DNA from: Lama guanicoe
Lineage: Eukaryota
Reading direction: 5' to 3'
Assembly (NCBI GenBank): GCA_013239625.1
Contig: MU054323.1
Span: 7,429,220 to 7,493,219, forward strand
Length of the DNA: 64,000 nt
The position numbers and the translations under genes are program-made. The notes under the pieces were generated by a model. The model had not been told where the DNA came from. It did not search any database and saw only the letters and a list, made by a program, of their open reading frames with translations. The stretch's first letter is position 1. Every line of letters begins with the position of its first letter. This document shows positions 1 through 13,549 of this stretch, piece after piece.

Positions 1-139
1 TAGCTTTGGTGAGGCTATCCTCTGAGAATGGAATAATGATATTACTAGTTGTTGTATTTGGTAGGTATGTTTGTCATGCTTGCAGCCTAGCAAGTTTTCA
101 TCTGTGACTTAGTAATGGAATCAAAGTGGAGAGTGTCTT

Positions 140-380
140 TCACAACAACTTACCGAGTGCTGAACGTGTGCCAGACCCAGTTCTAACATCCCTCATGGAT
201 TCACTCATTTAAACCTCACAGCCACCAAGGAGGTAGATGCTACTACCACCTTTATTTTACAGATGGAGACGCAAATCACGGAGAGAAGTAATGTACCCAT
301 GGTCACAGCCAACTTGTGTGGCAGAAGCAGGATTTGAACCGAGGCAGTCTGGCTCTTGGATCTGTGTTCCTAATCCTTAT
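140..380 (-). mobile_element. MIR SINE, near full length
   Basis: Reverse complement of the MIR core and head: attttacagatggagac...ggtcacagcc...gcaggatttgaaccgaggcagtctggctc. Confidence 0.8.
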
Positions 381-2209
381 GGTGTAGTGTCTCTACTACC
401 TTTGATTGCTGCACTTAATGTAATCAAGCCTGTTTGGCCTATAAATTAAAACCAACAGCATGATGCTAAATCATAGCTCTTGTAGAGTTGTTTCTATAGG
501 AAGGAAAAACAATAATAACCCCAGGGTATGGTGTGGGGTGATTTATTGTTTCCTCTATCACATCGTTAGAACTCTGAGTTATAAATGCCTCTTTCAACTC
601 AAGCCATTTGGTTGCAGGCTCTCATTCTTAACCGCCTCTAGGCTGTCCCAAGGAAAACTAAGTAAGCTAGCATGAACTGTGTCCTTCAAAAACATATCTC
701 TGTTAGAATGACTTTAAAATCTAATCTTAATTTCAAAGCTCTTTTAGATTTGTCATCTAAGCCTGACAAAATACACACATTTAATGAGGAAATTATTGTA
801 TCAGTCAGACTATTGGTTAAAAAAAAAGTTTAACACTGGGCTCAGGACCAACATTGGGTGTAATTACTTGTCCTGATTTTCAAAGTTGACTTAGATCCAG
901 GGGTAAACAATTTCTGGATAGGATTCTCTTACCAAGGATGTAAAAGTATAATAATGTTGCTTAAGCAAAATCTCCACTTAAAAATAGTGAATGAATAAAG
1001 AGGTACATGAACAAAGCCAAGTCTGAAGCCTGAGAGGATGGGTGAGACCTTGGGCACCTGTCACTTTTCCGTAGGCCCTTTGATGAACCTTTTCTGGGGG
1101 AAGTCATCCAGGGAGACAGATACTTACCCCTACCCTATACTTTTAAAAACATTGCGTCATTATCTTGTTCTTCCTCCCAGAATGTTTTTTCAGTGGTAAA
1201 GGTTAAGGTTACAGTCCTGCAATTTTCTTTTCCCTTGACAGCTATATGTCACTCATGCACGTTTGGGGACTTTTTACCAGGTTTCATTATGCTATATGCT
1301 TTCATTTAGTTGATTACTTTTTTGCAGTTCCTACAATAATGCTTTACACGTGAGGTAATTGAACATTTTAGTTAAGTACATTTAATCATTTATTATGATT
1401 TTTGTAGCCAGCTATGTGGCCTTCAATCATAGACACCTACGTTGCTTCTGAAATTATCTTTCCCTACTCCTTTTGATAATACTTTCCTCATCTTTAAGAT
1501 TATGCAGCAGATTTCACCATACTTTAAGACAAATTCAAAACCCGGACTCTAGACTACTTCATTCTTTTATCTATCAAACTACTCAGGCCTTCCACATTTC
1601 CCAAGCAAGTTTTTTTTTTTTGCTTTTTCTAAGCCTCTACTTTTAAATCTTCTCCTAGGAACCCAGCCTGGAATGTCTTTCTTCATAGACTTGCCAAGGT
1701 TCCACTCTTTCTGGCTTCTCTTACCAGAGAATTGGCTCCTGAAATTTTAGTATCCCCATAACGCCATTCATTGACTACAAACTCCATTTGAATAAACAAG
1801 GGCCTTATCAGTATTCAAACAAACAAAAACCCATAGTCTATTCATTCCCCACACTCAAGGGCTTTGAGCGAAAACAAAAAACAAAAACAAGCCGAAAGCC
1901 GTCCCTGCCTACAAGAGGTTTATAATTTGCATTAGTCTAACCCTTACTGGTTATCACAGCAATAGGCATTTATGCTTTAGCTTAACATATTACAATCTTT
2001 AGGTCAAATCTAATTTGATAATTATCATTCACAATAAAACATACGTAAAATCATTAATAACAAAGACTACAACTTATTTCAAATAATTAACCACAGACCA
2101 CTACAACAAAAGAATATGAAAAATCCTATGACGTTAACAGTTACAAGATTTGCCGTGTATTTTGCATAAATTTACTTCTGGAACACTGAGAGGGTTGGGA
2201 GGGAAGGGA

Positions 2210-2430
2210 TACTGCACTTACTAACATCTATTGAGTATGAACACTGCATTAGCACTGAGCTAGGTCCTCAGATATCTTACTGGGATTCTTGCTACTACTC
2301 ATGATGGTATTCCTATCTTACAAATAAAGAAAGGTTAAAGAGGATAATGAACATGCTCAAGGTCATGAAACTAGCAAGTGGCAGGACCAGCACTGGGATC
2401 CACTTTTACCTGGTTCTAATACCACTGAAT
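2210..2430 (-). mobile_element. MIR SINE, degenerate
   Basis: cttacaaataaagaaa...tgctcaaggtcatgaaactagcaagtggcaggaccag resembles the MIR core. Confidence 0.6.
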
Positions 2431-5400
2431 AGATCAAACCCAAGATTCACCACCTAATACAGGCATCTCTGTATCACCCAAGTGAATTTTTCAGAGTAGA
2501 GTTCTCAGGGAAGAATAAATTATCATCTTTGAGAAACACTGCCCTGCTTCAGGACCACTGGCTTCAAATCTAACCTGAAGTATTTTAGAAAAAAAGAGAT
2601 GAATTACTAATTATCATAACTGAATGACAACTAAATTCGTAACTAAACTTCATGAAGGTTGGTGAGGGGAGCTTCCAGGGCCCTGGAAAGTCATTAGGAC
2701 ACCTGCTGTTACCTTTTCTAGGATCTCATCTTGAATCAGTCTGTAAGGATCGCACAGCTTTATATGCTTAACAAGAAGCAACTTCCGCCTAACTTACGGT
2801 AGCTTCACCCTTTGAGGACAAAACCTCTTTCCTCGTTCCAATTTGAAATTCCCAGAAAAGACTCAAGGTGACCCACCTTGAGTCATCTGCCCACTCGGGT
2901 AGACAAAGAGCCTAATACTTTGATTGGTCATCCTCTTAGAACAACACAGTTAGGGTTGAGAGAGAACCACTTCTCCAAAGAAGTGGCTTTTACTCCCAGA
3001 AAAACAGCTGAAGAGCAAATCAGTGAAAAATATTCACTTTTACTTAAGGACAAACTTTTACCGAAAGACAAGTGCCAAATGGCCGTGTCCAGGATCCAGG
3101 CATTTCTGAGTCTCTGCTTGGGGTGATCAGCCCAGATGACACTGCTTTAGGATGAAGGTGGCATCTGTTTCTCTCTTTAGTTGCTACCCTCCAAAATTTA
3201 GTAGCCTGTAAATCTATTCACAGACCTCCACACTAAAACAATATATGATCTAATGAGAAAGCCTGTTTATCTAATTATTCCATTATGATGAAGAGGAAAT
3301 TGGGACTTATACTGACATGTAACAAGGGCACACTGCAGCTCTGGTGAAATACGAAGGAGGGCAGATTCTACGACCGCCTTACTCCCTATTATTTCCATTA
3401 CCCTCTCAAAAAGCATCCTGCCTCTAGCCAACGGTTATGACAAGTGAGGATCCTTTTCCTCCTCCTTGAGTAGTGTGAAGTTTTGCTCCTTATTTCTGTC
3501 TGTGTACCAGACCAACCATCTCCTGTTACTCCACTGGTTCTGTGGTTATCCACCAAAGCAATGAGGTTAAACAAACCAACAAAACTGCCTTTACTTGCCA
3601 AAACTGCCTCAGAAAATCATTAAAAAAATAACCATCTGGTACTGTAACTGTAATGTAAACATCATGTTACACATTTACAGTGAGGCTTCTCTGACTGTTA
3701 GGGAAGTACATTTACTTTACTGGTCACTGACAATTCATTAACCAAAAGAAAAGATTTATAATTTCCAAAACCAACCACTAATCCAAACATGTTGCAACTA
3801 ATTTATTAATGTAAAAAAGACCTATCAACAGACACACATGCCTCAATTCCTATTTCTAGCAGTTCAACACAGCCATTTGTGGTATAAGACTTAGAATGAA
3901 CAATTTCTCAGGAAGGAGAAGCTTACCACAAATACATTCTCTCTCTCTCTGTTTTTTAGAATTGACTTTCCTATTTATTTCTCTTTAAATTGTTTTTTTA
4001 AAAAAATACACAAATATATTCTTATACAGAATGTTCACTAGGCAGCACCTGGAGATACCCAGAGGAACCCAGGTATCTCGAGCTAGCTCTGGGAAAGGAC
4101 AGAACTGTAAAATGAGGCAATAATTAGCAAATTATTGAATAGTGCTACTCATTTTAATATTATTGTATTGAAAAAAAGGAGACAAAAGGTCTTACAAATG
4201 AGTTAACTAAATCAACAGAAATGTACTATTTTATTGTAAAAACCTTTCCACAATCCCTGAATCCTTCCTTCTTTGTTCTCTTTGTTCATTAAACTTAGAA
4301 AGGAAGTTGTCAATACTTTATATAGATGTCAACTCCTGTATTTCTAGAAAGATAAGAGGACAACTTAAACTTCCACAAGTTACTGTTCACAGAGAGGTCA
4401 AAGAAATGCATGACACAATGTCACTTCCTGACCTGTCCATATGGTCATTACTGAAACTTGTTTTCTAAAGTGGAAACATACATTTTTATAGAAGCCAGGC
4501 TGACCCGCATGTATTTTTTACAGTTAACCAGACAGGAAAAGATATAGCGGGCTTCCCCTTTTTATTATAACTGTCTGGGAAGTTCCACAGGCTCTAGCAT
4601 CCTGCCAAAAATAAACACAATCGTCATCAGCCCAGCAGCTCAAGCAGCAAAGACATAAAGGCAAGGAAGCGCTCTCAAACCTTTACGTTCTGTAGCAAAT
4701 GCTTCTTCTTTTTCTACGGATCTGGCATCTAATGCATTACCCTGCTGTTGTCTCTAAGGAAACAGAACAGCCACATGACGAAGAATCTTCTCTCCAAGGT
4801 AGTTTATCCCACAGAGCATTTTGGGAACGAGCAGGTACGAGAGAACAATTCATTAGAAGGAAGCACACGTCTGCACTTCGCCAGCAAGTCCATCAAGCAG
4901 TCGAATGCAGCCAATGACAGGAAGGCAGACGCAGCACACAGAGTAGGTACCACTCCTTAGAAGCTTAAACATGAAACGCCCCCTCCTGCAACAGAATCCA
5001 AGTTCCGCTGCAAGTTAGCGACCTAATTAACCCTGTCCACAACTCCACTCCGATGGGGACATCAAGGAGCATCCCCCACCTCCCCTCTCCTAGGGCCTCT
5101 CCTAATTGCTAAATGCTTGATACGGAAGCAGCCTGCAGTACTGTGTCTGCCAAGCAGTCTGTAGGTAGCAATTAGGAGGTAGGGAGAACTAGCAAAGCTT
5201 GATTTTTTTTTGTTTTGTTGAAGAGGAGTTAAGGGGAACACCAGCAGAGTGAAAAAAACCAGAACAGTGGTGTCTAACTACCCCTTAGATGCAAAGAGTT
5301 CCTTACTTCATAAAGGCAGAGCATCAGAGGGCGGCTGAAACAGGGCCGTATGGTGAGAGAGTGGGCTTTCAGGGACAACCCAAGCAGGGTGTTCAGAAGA

Positions 5401-6349
5401 CGAGGATGTCCCTGACACTCAAGAGTCACCCTGTGGCCTCTTTTCTATTTCATCTACTTGATAGCTCTTAAATTGACCTGCTCTTGGTCTCCACCTCACT
5501 GGCATCATCACATTTCAGCACGCATTTCATTAGTGCGACTTAAATATTGTAAAGGTTTTCTATAAGTCCACCAGTGTCCACAGAGAACCTTTCAACTGTG
5601 GCTTATCTGATTTCTCATGGTTAAAATTACTTTCCTAAGCACAGCGCTCATGCTACCATTCTTCCCCAAATCATCAGTTCTCTACTAGTCTCCCAAATGA
5701 AGACAAATACCTTCCTCTCTAATGTCACTACCCAGATGCTACAGCTCGAGCCTCCCAGGCCACCTTAATTTTCATGACTTCCTTACACTTCTGAAGGGCA
5801 AATATGCTACTCTATTCAAACACAGGCTCTGAATTTTTCTGCCACAGTAAAGCAAAAATAAGACAAAATGGTAAAAAGATACACAAGTATTTACACTAAT
5901 AAAAATGGATGAAAGCCACACTAACAACCTAAGTGCTGGGGAAAGAATTCTATCATCTGCCGAGATAGATGAAGAGGTGTGAAAAGACAACCCAACAAAT
6001 CAGCTTGCTAACCAGTTAATATAAACATTTTGATATCAATAATAACAGTCTAAAGAATAAAAAAAGATTCATGTGTTCAAATGTTTGGCAGAAAATGAGA
6101 GTATGACACAGCAAAAAAATAATAAAAACAAAATAGCAAAATAGCAGTGGGTAATATCCTTCAAGGCTACAAGCTAAGGATACACAGGAGGGAGCAGAGC
6201 ACAGAATGTGAAGGATAAGTGTGAACAACAACAGGTAAAACTAATTTCGGGGGTAAAAAAGAACTACAGAGATTAAAATGCCATGATTTCATAATAAAAA
6301 TGCATCAGAGGGGAAGAAGAGGCAGTGGAGACGGGGAAAAACACAAGTG

Positions 6350-6915
6350 TGGCAGAACCGGGTTCAGCTCCTGATTCTGGTTCTAAGCAGACGGAGTGAC
6401 CCACGTGACTCAGGACAATGAAGCCCTTTGTGCCTCAGCTCATTGGTCTGTGAAATGAAGGGGGCTGGCTCTAGAACAGCAGTTTTCACACATGTTCCCT
6501 GGGCATCAAAGGATTCCACGAGGTGCTTCAGTAATCATTGAGGAGAGCAAAGGGATCAGGCCCCAGCCTGATTTCAGTAAGAGTAGCCCCGTTTCTATTC
6601 CACATAAGGGTTCATAGAAACAAAGTGTCCCACTGCTGTTTTAAAGTTTGAAAACTCCTTTCCTTACTACAAAATTTAAAATAGAAGTCTCTGCTATACT
6701 CACTCCCAGTAACCCGCTCTTTTCTTTTATAATCCTTATCACAATTCACAATTACATAAAATCAGCGTTTACTTTTTGACCGGTCTCACTTGAGAGGCTG
6801 CAGGCTTCATGAGGGCAGGGCCCACCGGGCTCATTCCACCACCATGTTCATGCTGCGGACCTAGAACCGTGACAGGCACAGAGTGCGTGTGCAACAGTAT
6901 TTTTCAATGATAAGC
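6350..6915 (+). mobile_element. Cluster of ancient repeats: MIR fragment (~6350-6470), probable hAT/MER fragment (~6478-6660), L2 3' end (~6660-6915)
   Basis: gtgcctcagctcattggtctgtgaaatg (MIR); cagcagttttcaca...gtttgaaaactc (hAT-like termini); ttcatgagggcaggg...cctagaaccgtgacaggcacagag...tcaatga (L2 tail). Confidence 0.55.
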
Positions 6916-7404
6916 TTTTATGATTCTACTTTTCATTCCAATCTACTTGAAACAATGTATTAGCTAAACCCAAAAATGCAAAATTGGTGAAGGCTCACCT
7001 GAACTGAATTTAAATGGAAAACATGTTCAGACAAGGAAGTCAAAGATGGATAGCTAACAGACAGGCCATTTGGGATGGCAACAATTCTTGAGTGGGAGGA
7101 GTCCTGCTGACTAAATAATGTTCTCAGGAGCTTACCTGGACACAGAAAAACATCAGTACTTCTCACAGGTACTAAATGCATCTGCCAACTATGCCTGTTA
7201 AATCAGTCTTGGTATTTAATTTCTCGGCTAAAAGAATCTAAAAGTAATTTTAACTGTCCTAATACATTAGGGAGTTTGCCAGGGGAATAAAGAATGACAT
7301 GTCATTCATTAAATGTGTATCGAAGTCTCTGCTGAAAAGGCCATACACAGACCTTTGGAGACAGTGCTAAGACAGTGAATTATAAATCAGCTGAAGGTGT
7401 AGTC

Positions 7405-8370
7405 TAGGGACTTCTGGGTCAAGTTGGCAGACTGAGCACATGCTGAGAGCTCACACTCCTGTACCAAAGAAAAATGACTTAAAGATATAAAAACCAATTG
7501 ATGCATGCATAGCTAGAACCAAATTTTTAAAAAGGGAAGCTCTCTTTAAGCCTTAAAAAAAATGAGAAGTATCACCAAAGGAAGAAAATAAATAAGAAGC
7601 CATTGTGGTGAGCAGCGGCTGCATTGAGCTGCCATCAGCCACACACAGGGCCACCCCTGAGGAGGCTGGAAGAACTTAACCAAATCCACCCCACACCTCC
7701 AAAACACCACCTCTACACACACAAAAACCCCCCACAGAGAACAGTGCATCTAAGACGGCCTTTAAAATGAGCCTACTTAATATCCTCAGGCACCTAGAGG
7801 ATAGAAGAGCATCTACAAGACATTCTGAAAAATAACCAATTAGAGATTTTGTAAATGAAAATCATAATTATTGAGATTTTTTTCAAAAAAACCTCCTCAG
7901 ATAGACTGAATACAGCTGAAGATTGATGCTACTTTTCCCCTCTAAGTTAAGAAACACGAGAGCTAAATCCAGTTTTAAAGCCTGTAACTCAGAGTTCCAG
8001 AGAGACCAGAGGGGATGGAGGAGAGGCACTGGTATTTAACACAGAGAATGGCTGAGAATTTTTCAGAGCTGTTGAAAGACATGAAGCTTTACAGAGTAAG
8101 ACTCCTCTGAGTATAAAAATTAAATTAAATAGAAATAAACTTAAAAAAAGTTCATATCCAGACAAATTATAGTGAAACTTCAATTACCAATGTTATAAAG
8201 AAAACCCTAAAAGTTACTAGCAAAATATGAGAGATTCAACAGAAAGGAAGGAGAATCAGATTGTTATTAAAACTGGTTATAACAGAGGAATGATATCTTC
8301 AAAGAATGAAGGGAAAACACCTTTTGGCTAGATTTTAAATCCAGCCAAATTATCATTCAATAATGAGGGT
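7405..8370 (+). mobile_element. Ancient L1/HAL1-like 5' end and ORF1 remnant
   Basis: Starts gggacttctgggtcaagttggcagactgag (L1M/HAL1-like 5' end). Decayed ORF1 motifs AENFSEL, IIVKL and RILNPAKLSFNNEG are readable. Confidence 0.7.
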
Positions 8371-8379
8371 ATACCACAA

Positions 8380-8990
8380 CAACTAGGCAAGAAAAAGAAA
8401 TAAAAGATATCGAAACTGTAAAAGAAGAAGTAAAACTATCTCTATTTGCAGATGATGTGATGCAAATATAGAAAACCTTAAAGAATCCAACACCCCACCT
8501 CCCCCCAAAAACCTACTAGAGTTAATAAACAAGTTCAACAAAGCTGGGTACAAGGTCAATACAAAAAAATTTTCTATATATTAGCAATGAACAATCTGAA
8601 AATGAAATTAAGAAAACAATTTCATTTATAATAGCATCAAAAAGAATAAAACACTTTAGAATAAAGTTAAAGAAATGCAACACTTGAACACTGAAAACTA
8701 CAACGCGTCGTTAAAAGAAATTAAGATCTAAATAAATGGAAAGACATTCCATATTCATGGACTGGAAGACTTAATATGTTAAGACAGCAATATTCCCTGA
8801 ACTGATCTACAGATTCAATGCAATCCCTATCAAAATCATAGCTGCCTTTTTTGTAGAACTGGACAAGATGATCCTAAGTTCATACAGAAATACAAGAAAG
8901 ATAGAATAGCCAAAAATCATCTTCCAAAAGAACAAAAGCTGCAGGATACATACTTTCTGACTTCAAACTTACTACAAACCTATTTCAAAG
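8380..8990 (+). mobile_element. L1 ORF2 reverse-transcriptase fragment
   Basis: gaagaagtaaaactatctctatttgcagatgat = EEVKLSLFADD, followed by typical ORF2 sequence (tggaaagacattccatattcatgg, atctacagattcaatgcaatccctatcaaaat). Frameshifted. Confidence 0.9.
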
Positions 8991-9749
8991 TAGACTAGTT
9001 TGCTTTATGTTTGGAGGTTCAGAGATATTCATAAATTATCCATTACTCTCTCCAGTTAGACAGAAATCCATAATTAGTATCTGAAATTACTGGCTTTGAA
9101 AAAGTTTCTAAGTCTAAACCCTGTGTAGGTGTTAAACCGCAGATCATGAAGGCTTTCTTGGTAGCTACCATTATAACTGGTGCCCCCGTCAGTGCCATGA
9201 GCTCCACCTCACACCCCACACCCTCTGTTTTCACTGTTTGTTGGAATGCCCGGAGTAGAAGAACAGCTGATTATGGTACTCTTACAGCTTTTCCACTCAA
9301 AGTCTTCATTGTTTCTCCTCTGTCCCCACATAAAGGTTGGGGGAAATGACAAAGGGACACAGTCACAGGAAGATGAAGAATGCTGCTGCAGACAGGGAGT
9401 TGAAAGTGACGCTGACAATGTGTCAGAAGGGGTCTAGAGTATTTCTCATTTCAAAGATGTTAAGCTTTTGGCTCCACCAATACTTCTTCACTTGTAACTT
9501 ACTCCAGTGTAACCACAGTAACAAGACGTTTGATTTGATTCATTTAAAGGTTTACGTGTTCAAGTCAGTTTTGGAGATCCTTTCTTGGGAAAGATCACCT
9601 TATATAGTAGGATTGCTTCCCCTGTTTTTTAAAAAAGAAAAAAAATACCAAAAGCCTGCCGTCCCTTACACTTCTCCTACTTATCCTATTTCTCTTCTTC
9701 CTCCCACTGCTACTTAAAACATTTAAGATCACAATAAATTAGAAATATA

Positions 9750-9990
9750 ACTTTGTTTCAGTTTCATGACTCAATTTCATCCAAACTCTCTAAATGCATC
9801 TTTGACATCAGTGTCTTCGTCATCACTAAAGGCTCTCTGAGTCATCACACTGTTCTCCAGAGTATATCACGGTCATTTCTGTCCAAACTGTTTAGAAGTA
9901 ATTCCTCTGTATCTAATGCTCTCAGTGGAAAATGTACCACAAGCTTCTCCCATAATAGTAAGCCAGCTGGCATTTTCATCTATAATCACT
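9750..9990 (-). mobile_element. Possible pogo/Tc2-type transposase C-terminal remnant
   Basis: Minus strand gives NSLDRNDRDILW and, after a frameshift, SDDEDTDV. This resembles the 'N-LD---DD-LW + acidic tail' end of DDE_1 transposases. No termini seen. Confidence 0.35.
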
Positions 9991-11429
9991 TAATGCATTT
10001 TTATTTTTAAAATTAAATTTAATCTTTTCTACACACATAATTAATAAGCAATCTACTGGGAATATGAGGAACACAGCACTCAATACTAATCTGAGAGTCT
10101 TTTTTTAAGCATACAGAGGATGTTTAGAAAGATTGTTCAGATACTTGCTCCTAAAAGAAATCTCAATTCTATCAAAGAATCAATGTCATACAGAATACCA
10201 CCTCTGACCAAAATTTAATAATATCAGAAAGCATCAAAAAATACCCACAAAAGTCTCACGTGTTTGGAGATTTTAAATTAATCTCGACTGTGCATATTAG
10301 AAAAAAAGAATTTTTAGGAATCAATTAACTGACTAATCATCTAAAGAAGTAAGAAACTAGCTACAGGGCTTGATCCTTACATGTCTTCTCCTCTCTGTCT
10401 AAACATCATCTCTAAGTTGCCAATTCTGAAATTTATATTTCCAAACCATACATGTCCCATGAGTGTCCTCAAGACTTATATAAATTGCCTATCTGACATC
10501 TCTATTTAGGTGTCAAAAAAACCCACAATGTGCCTAAAACAGAGCTCTCATTCTACCCAAACTTGTTCACCTATAGGTTCCACTGTCTTTCTCTCTCTCT
10601 GTCTCCAATGGTTCAGGCCAAACCGACTTCTCTCTTCCTCTCATACTCCACATCCGACCTGTCAGCTACATTTCTATCCCTCCATATTGTACCAGTTCCA
10701 GATTTTTAAGCTTTCAAAGGACTGAGCTCACACAGACAACATCAATGGCAGTTTAATCACTTTCTCAAAATGAAGATGTTAAATATTCATCTCAAGAAAC
10801 TCTACAGAGAAGCTCTTAACAAGAACGTTTTTCTTGTAATAAACTGGACACAGGAAGTGAGGGGAAAAAAACAGCTGGACTTACATAGAGTTAAACATGA
10901 AGTCATGACAGCTTGGAAGAAATGACTAAAGAGAATAAAGAAGTCACTTAAACTCCAAAAAGAATTCTACTGAAAAAGCAAAAAACCAATGAGGAGGATT
11001 ATTCAATATTATTAACATAATATTTTCTTAAATTCATGCTTGGAGGCAATGTATCCAACTTTACCCTTAAAATGATCCCATTAAACTATCCAAAAGGGAA
11101 AAAATAAGTAAGACAAAAAAGAAAGGTTCTTTTACCAAAGGAGATGCCATCTTCTTTTGACCTCTAAGATTATTTCAAGTAGTAAAATAAGAACCTCACT
11201 CCAAAAGCTCACTAAAAAAAAACAAAAAAACAGATTTTAACGGTATGAGTAACCTTTCTTTAATTGCCTTCCAAAGCTTCAGTAAGATCTTATCAAAGTC
11301 ATTATCAAATAAACAAGTTAAGGACCTATAATGTGACCTTGAAGAGAGAGACAAAAAACTTGTCAAATTTAAACTAATTTAACAAGAATTTACAATTGTG
11401 CCCCATACTTCAAATGCACAACAAGTCAG

Positions 11430-13100
11430 CAGCAACACCTGGATTGTGCCAGGTACTAAGGTGCCAGATCTGAAGAAGTTGATGGTAAAAGGAGGTGCTT
11501 GCAGTCTTCAAGAAATCCAGGTCTGATACATACTCAAGAAATCCTTAAAGAAGGAGAGAGCATGTTATTGGGTGCCCAAATGACAGATACAACAAGGATT
11601 CAAGGAATCCAGGTAAGGAAAGAAGAGATTCATGAGTTAGCTGCTTCTAGGGTTCAAAGAAGGTTTCATGAATGGAGCAGAATTGAAGCTTGGCTCATGG
11701 ATGTACAAAGCGCAGGCAGTCTGGGGCATTCAGGAAAGGGGGCAGCTGGGTGAGGGCATCACGAGCCAGCTCAGAGGTGTGGGAAGAGAAAAGCTTTAAA
11801 GGGTAGGAAGGAGGCAGGTCTGGTCAAAGCCGAGGTTTGTCCTGTATAACTTAGCAGCAGAAGATAAGATTAAAAAAGTAAGGTGGGTCCCGATTACACA
11901 GGGCCTTGAATTCCAGCTCGAGGAGTGCCTCCTTTAGTCTACAGGCAGTGGAGTTATGTGGATTTTTAAATAGGAAAGTAATATGACAAAAGCAGTGATT
12001 CAAGAAGATTGATTTGTTAGAAATATGTACACAGAGTCAAGGTTTAAGAAGAATGAAAAAGGGCTAATTTAGTAGGTGCTAAACGCAGGCACTAGTCAAA
12101 AGTAGGCAAGACCTGTGAAGGTGCTAAGAAATATTCAGATTGTTTTAAATTGTAACCAGATCAGTATATACATTTCATTAAGAAATTCAACTCAATGAAA
12201 TATAATTCTGAGGCTCGGTATCTGCATGAAATTACAGGTATACCCTAGGTTTAGCTAGGAAAGAAATAAAGCTCAAAGAAAAGCAGACTTCTCCAATATT
12301 AATAAGGATGATTACTTTTCAAGGATTTTTTAGTAATCATAGAACTGGAGGATCATGACTTTAAATCCCAAAATGTTGTTATTATTAGCTCTAGCTCTGT
12401 AAAAACAAGAAAAAACCCTACCTTATCCTCCCTCATCCTGACATACTGATATAATTTCTTGCAATAGCCTGAAAGCTTCGTGAAGATCATTACTGTTGTA
12501 AATTGTGAGAACATACACACACATTTATTCATTCCACAAACACTTATTTAAGGTCTGCTATTTGCCAGGCCCATGCTATTTCCCGGGGATATAGCAGGAA
12601 ACAAAGTCTCTGTCTTCAAAGGGCTTACAATCTAGTGGGGTATAAATTGTAAACAGATACAAAAATGTATCAAATAACGTCACATAAGGTAAAGTGCTGT
12701 GAAAAAACTGAAACAAGGTAATGGCACCGAGTGAGCGATGCTGCTGTTTTAGATAAGACAGTTAAGACCAGTCTCTGAGGAGATACCTTTGAAGGAGAGA
12801 TCCGAGTGAAGTAAGGGAAGGAGTCACGTATCAGGATGAGGAGCCTGTCAGGCAAATAAAACAGCAGGTTCAAAGTCCTGAGGTAGGAGCATACTTGGTG
12901 TTTTCAAGGAACAACAAAACCAGTGTAAGAACAGAGCATAGAGACCAATGGGAAAGTGTAAGAAACAAAGTCAGAAAACAAACAAACAAACAAAAAAAAA
13001 CAAAAAAAGGCAGAGAAGTTGCTAGGAGCCAGATCTTATGGGGCCCTGGGGACCACTGTACAGACTTCAGCTTTTAAGTGTGATGGGAAGTCACTGAAGG
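11430..13100 (-). mobile_element. L2 fragments (about 11430-12050 and 12520-13100)
   Basis: atttattcattccacaaacacttatttaag...tgccaggc (reverse L2 tail), gggcttacaatctagtgggg, gggccttgaattccag, gatgggaagtcactgaagg. Confidence 0.7.
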
Positions 13101-13549
13101 GATAAAAAAAAAAAAAACAAGCAAATAAGGTATGAACTGGATTGCACACTGGAACAGATACAATAAGAAATCAATTCACTAGATACTTACAGTTCTGAAT
13201 TTCTCCAAATACATCTGACACCCTTTCAGAAAAAGGTGATTTGCATTATACATTCACACAAAAATGAGAATCTTTGAAAAAAATCTCAAAAGGATTTTTC
13301 ATTAACATTATTATTAAATTAGGATGTAAAAGTGAATTGAACCAAAAGGAATATACCTATGGCTGCGGGCAGTTAAGGATTTGTTAAACATAAAAAATGA
13401 GTGTGTTCCAGGCAAGATGAGCTACTCAAATGCAAACACAGAAGAGAACAAAACAAAAACCCAAGCAGCCAACAAACACAAAAGAACAGGGAGAAGGGTA
13501 GCAGAGGGGGAAGAAAGAGAAAAGTAGAAAACTGACCTATAGATTTAAT

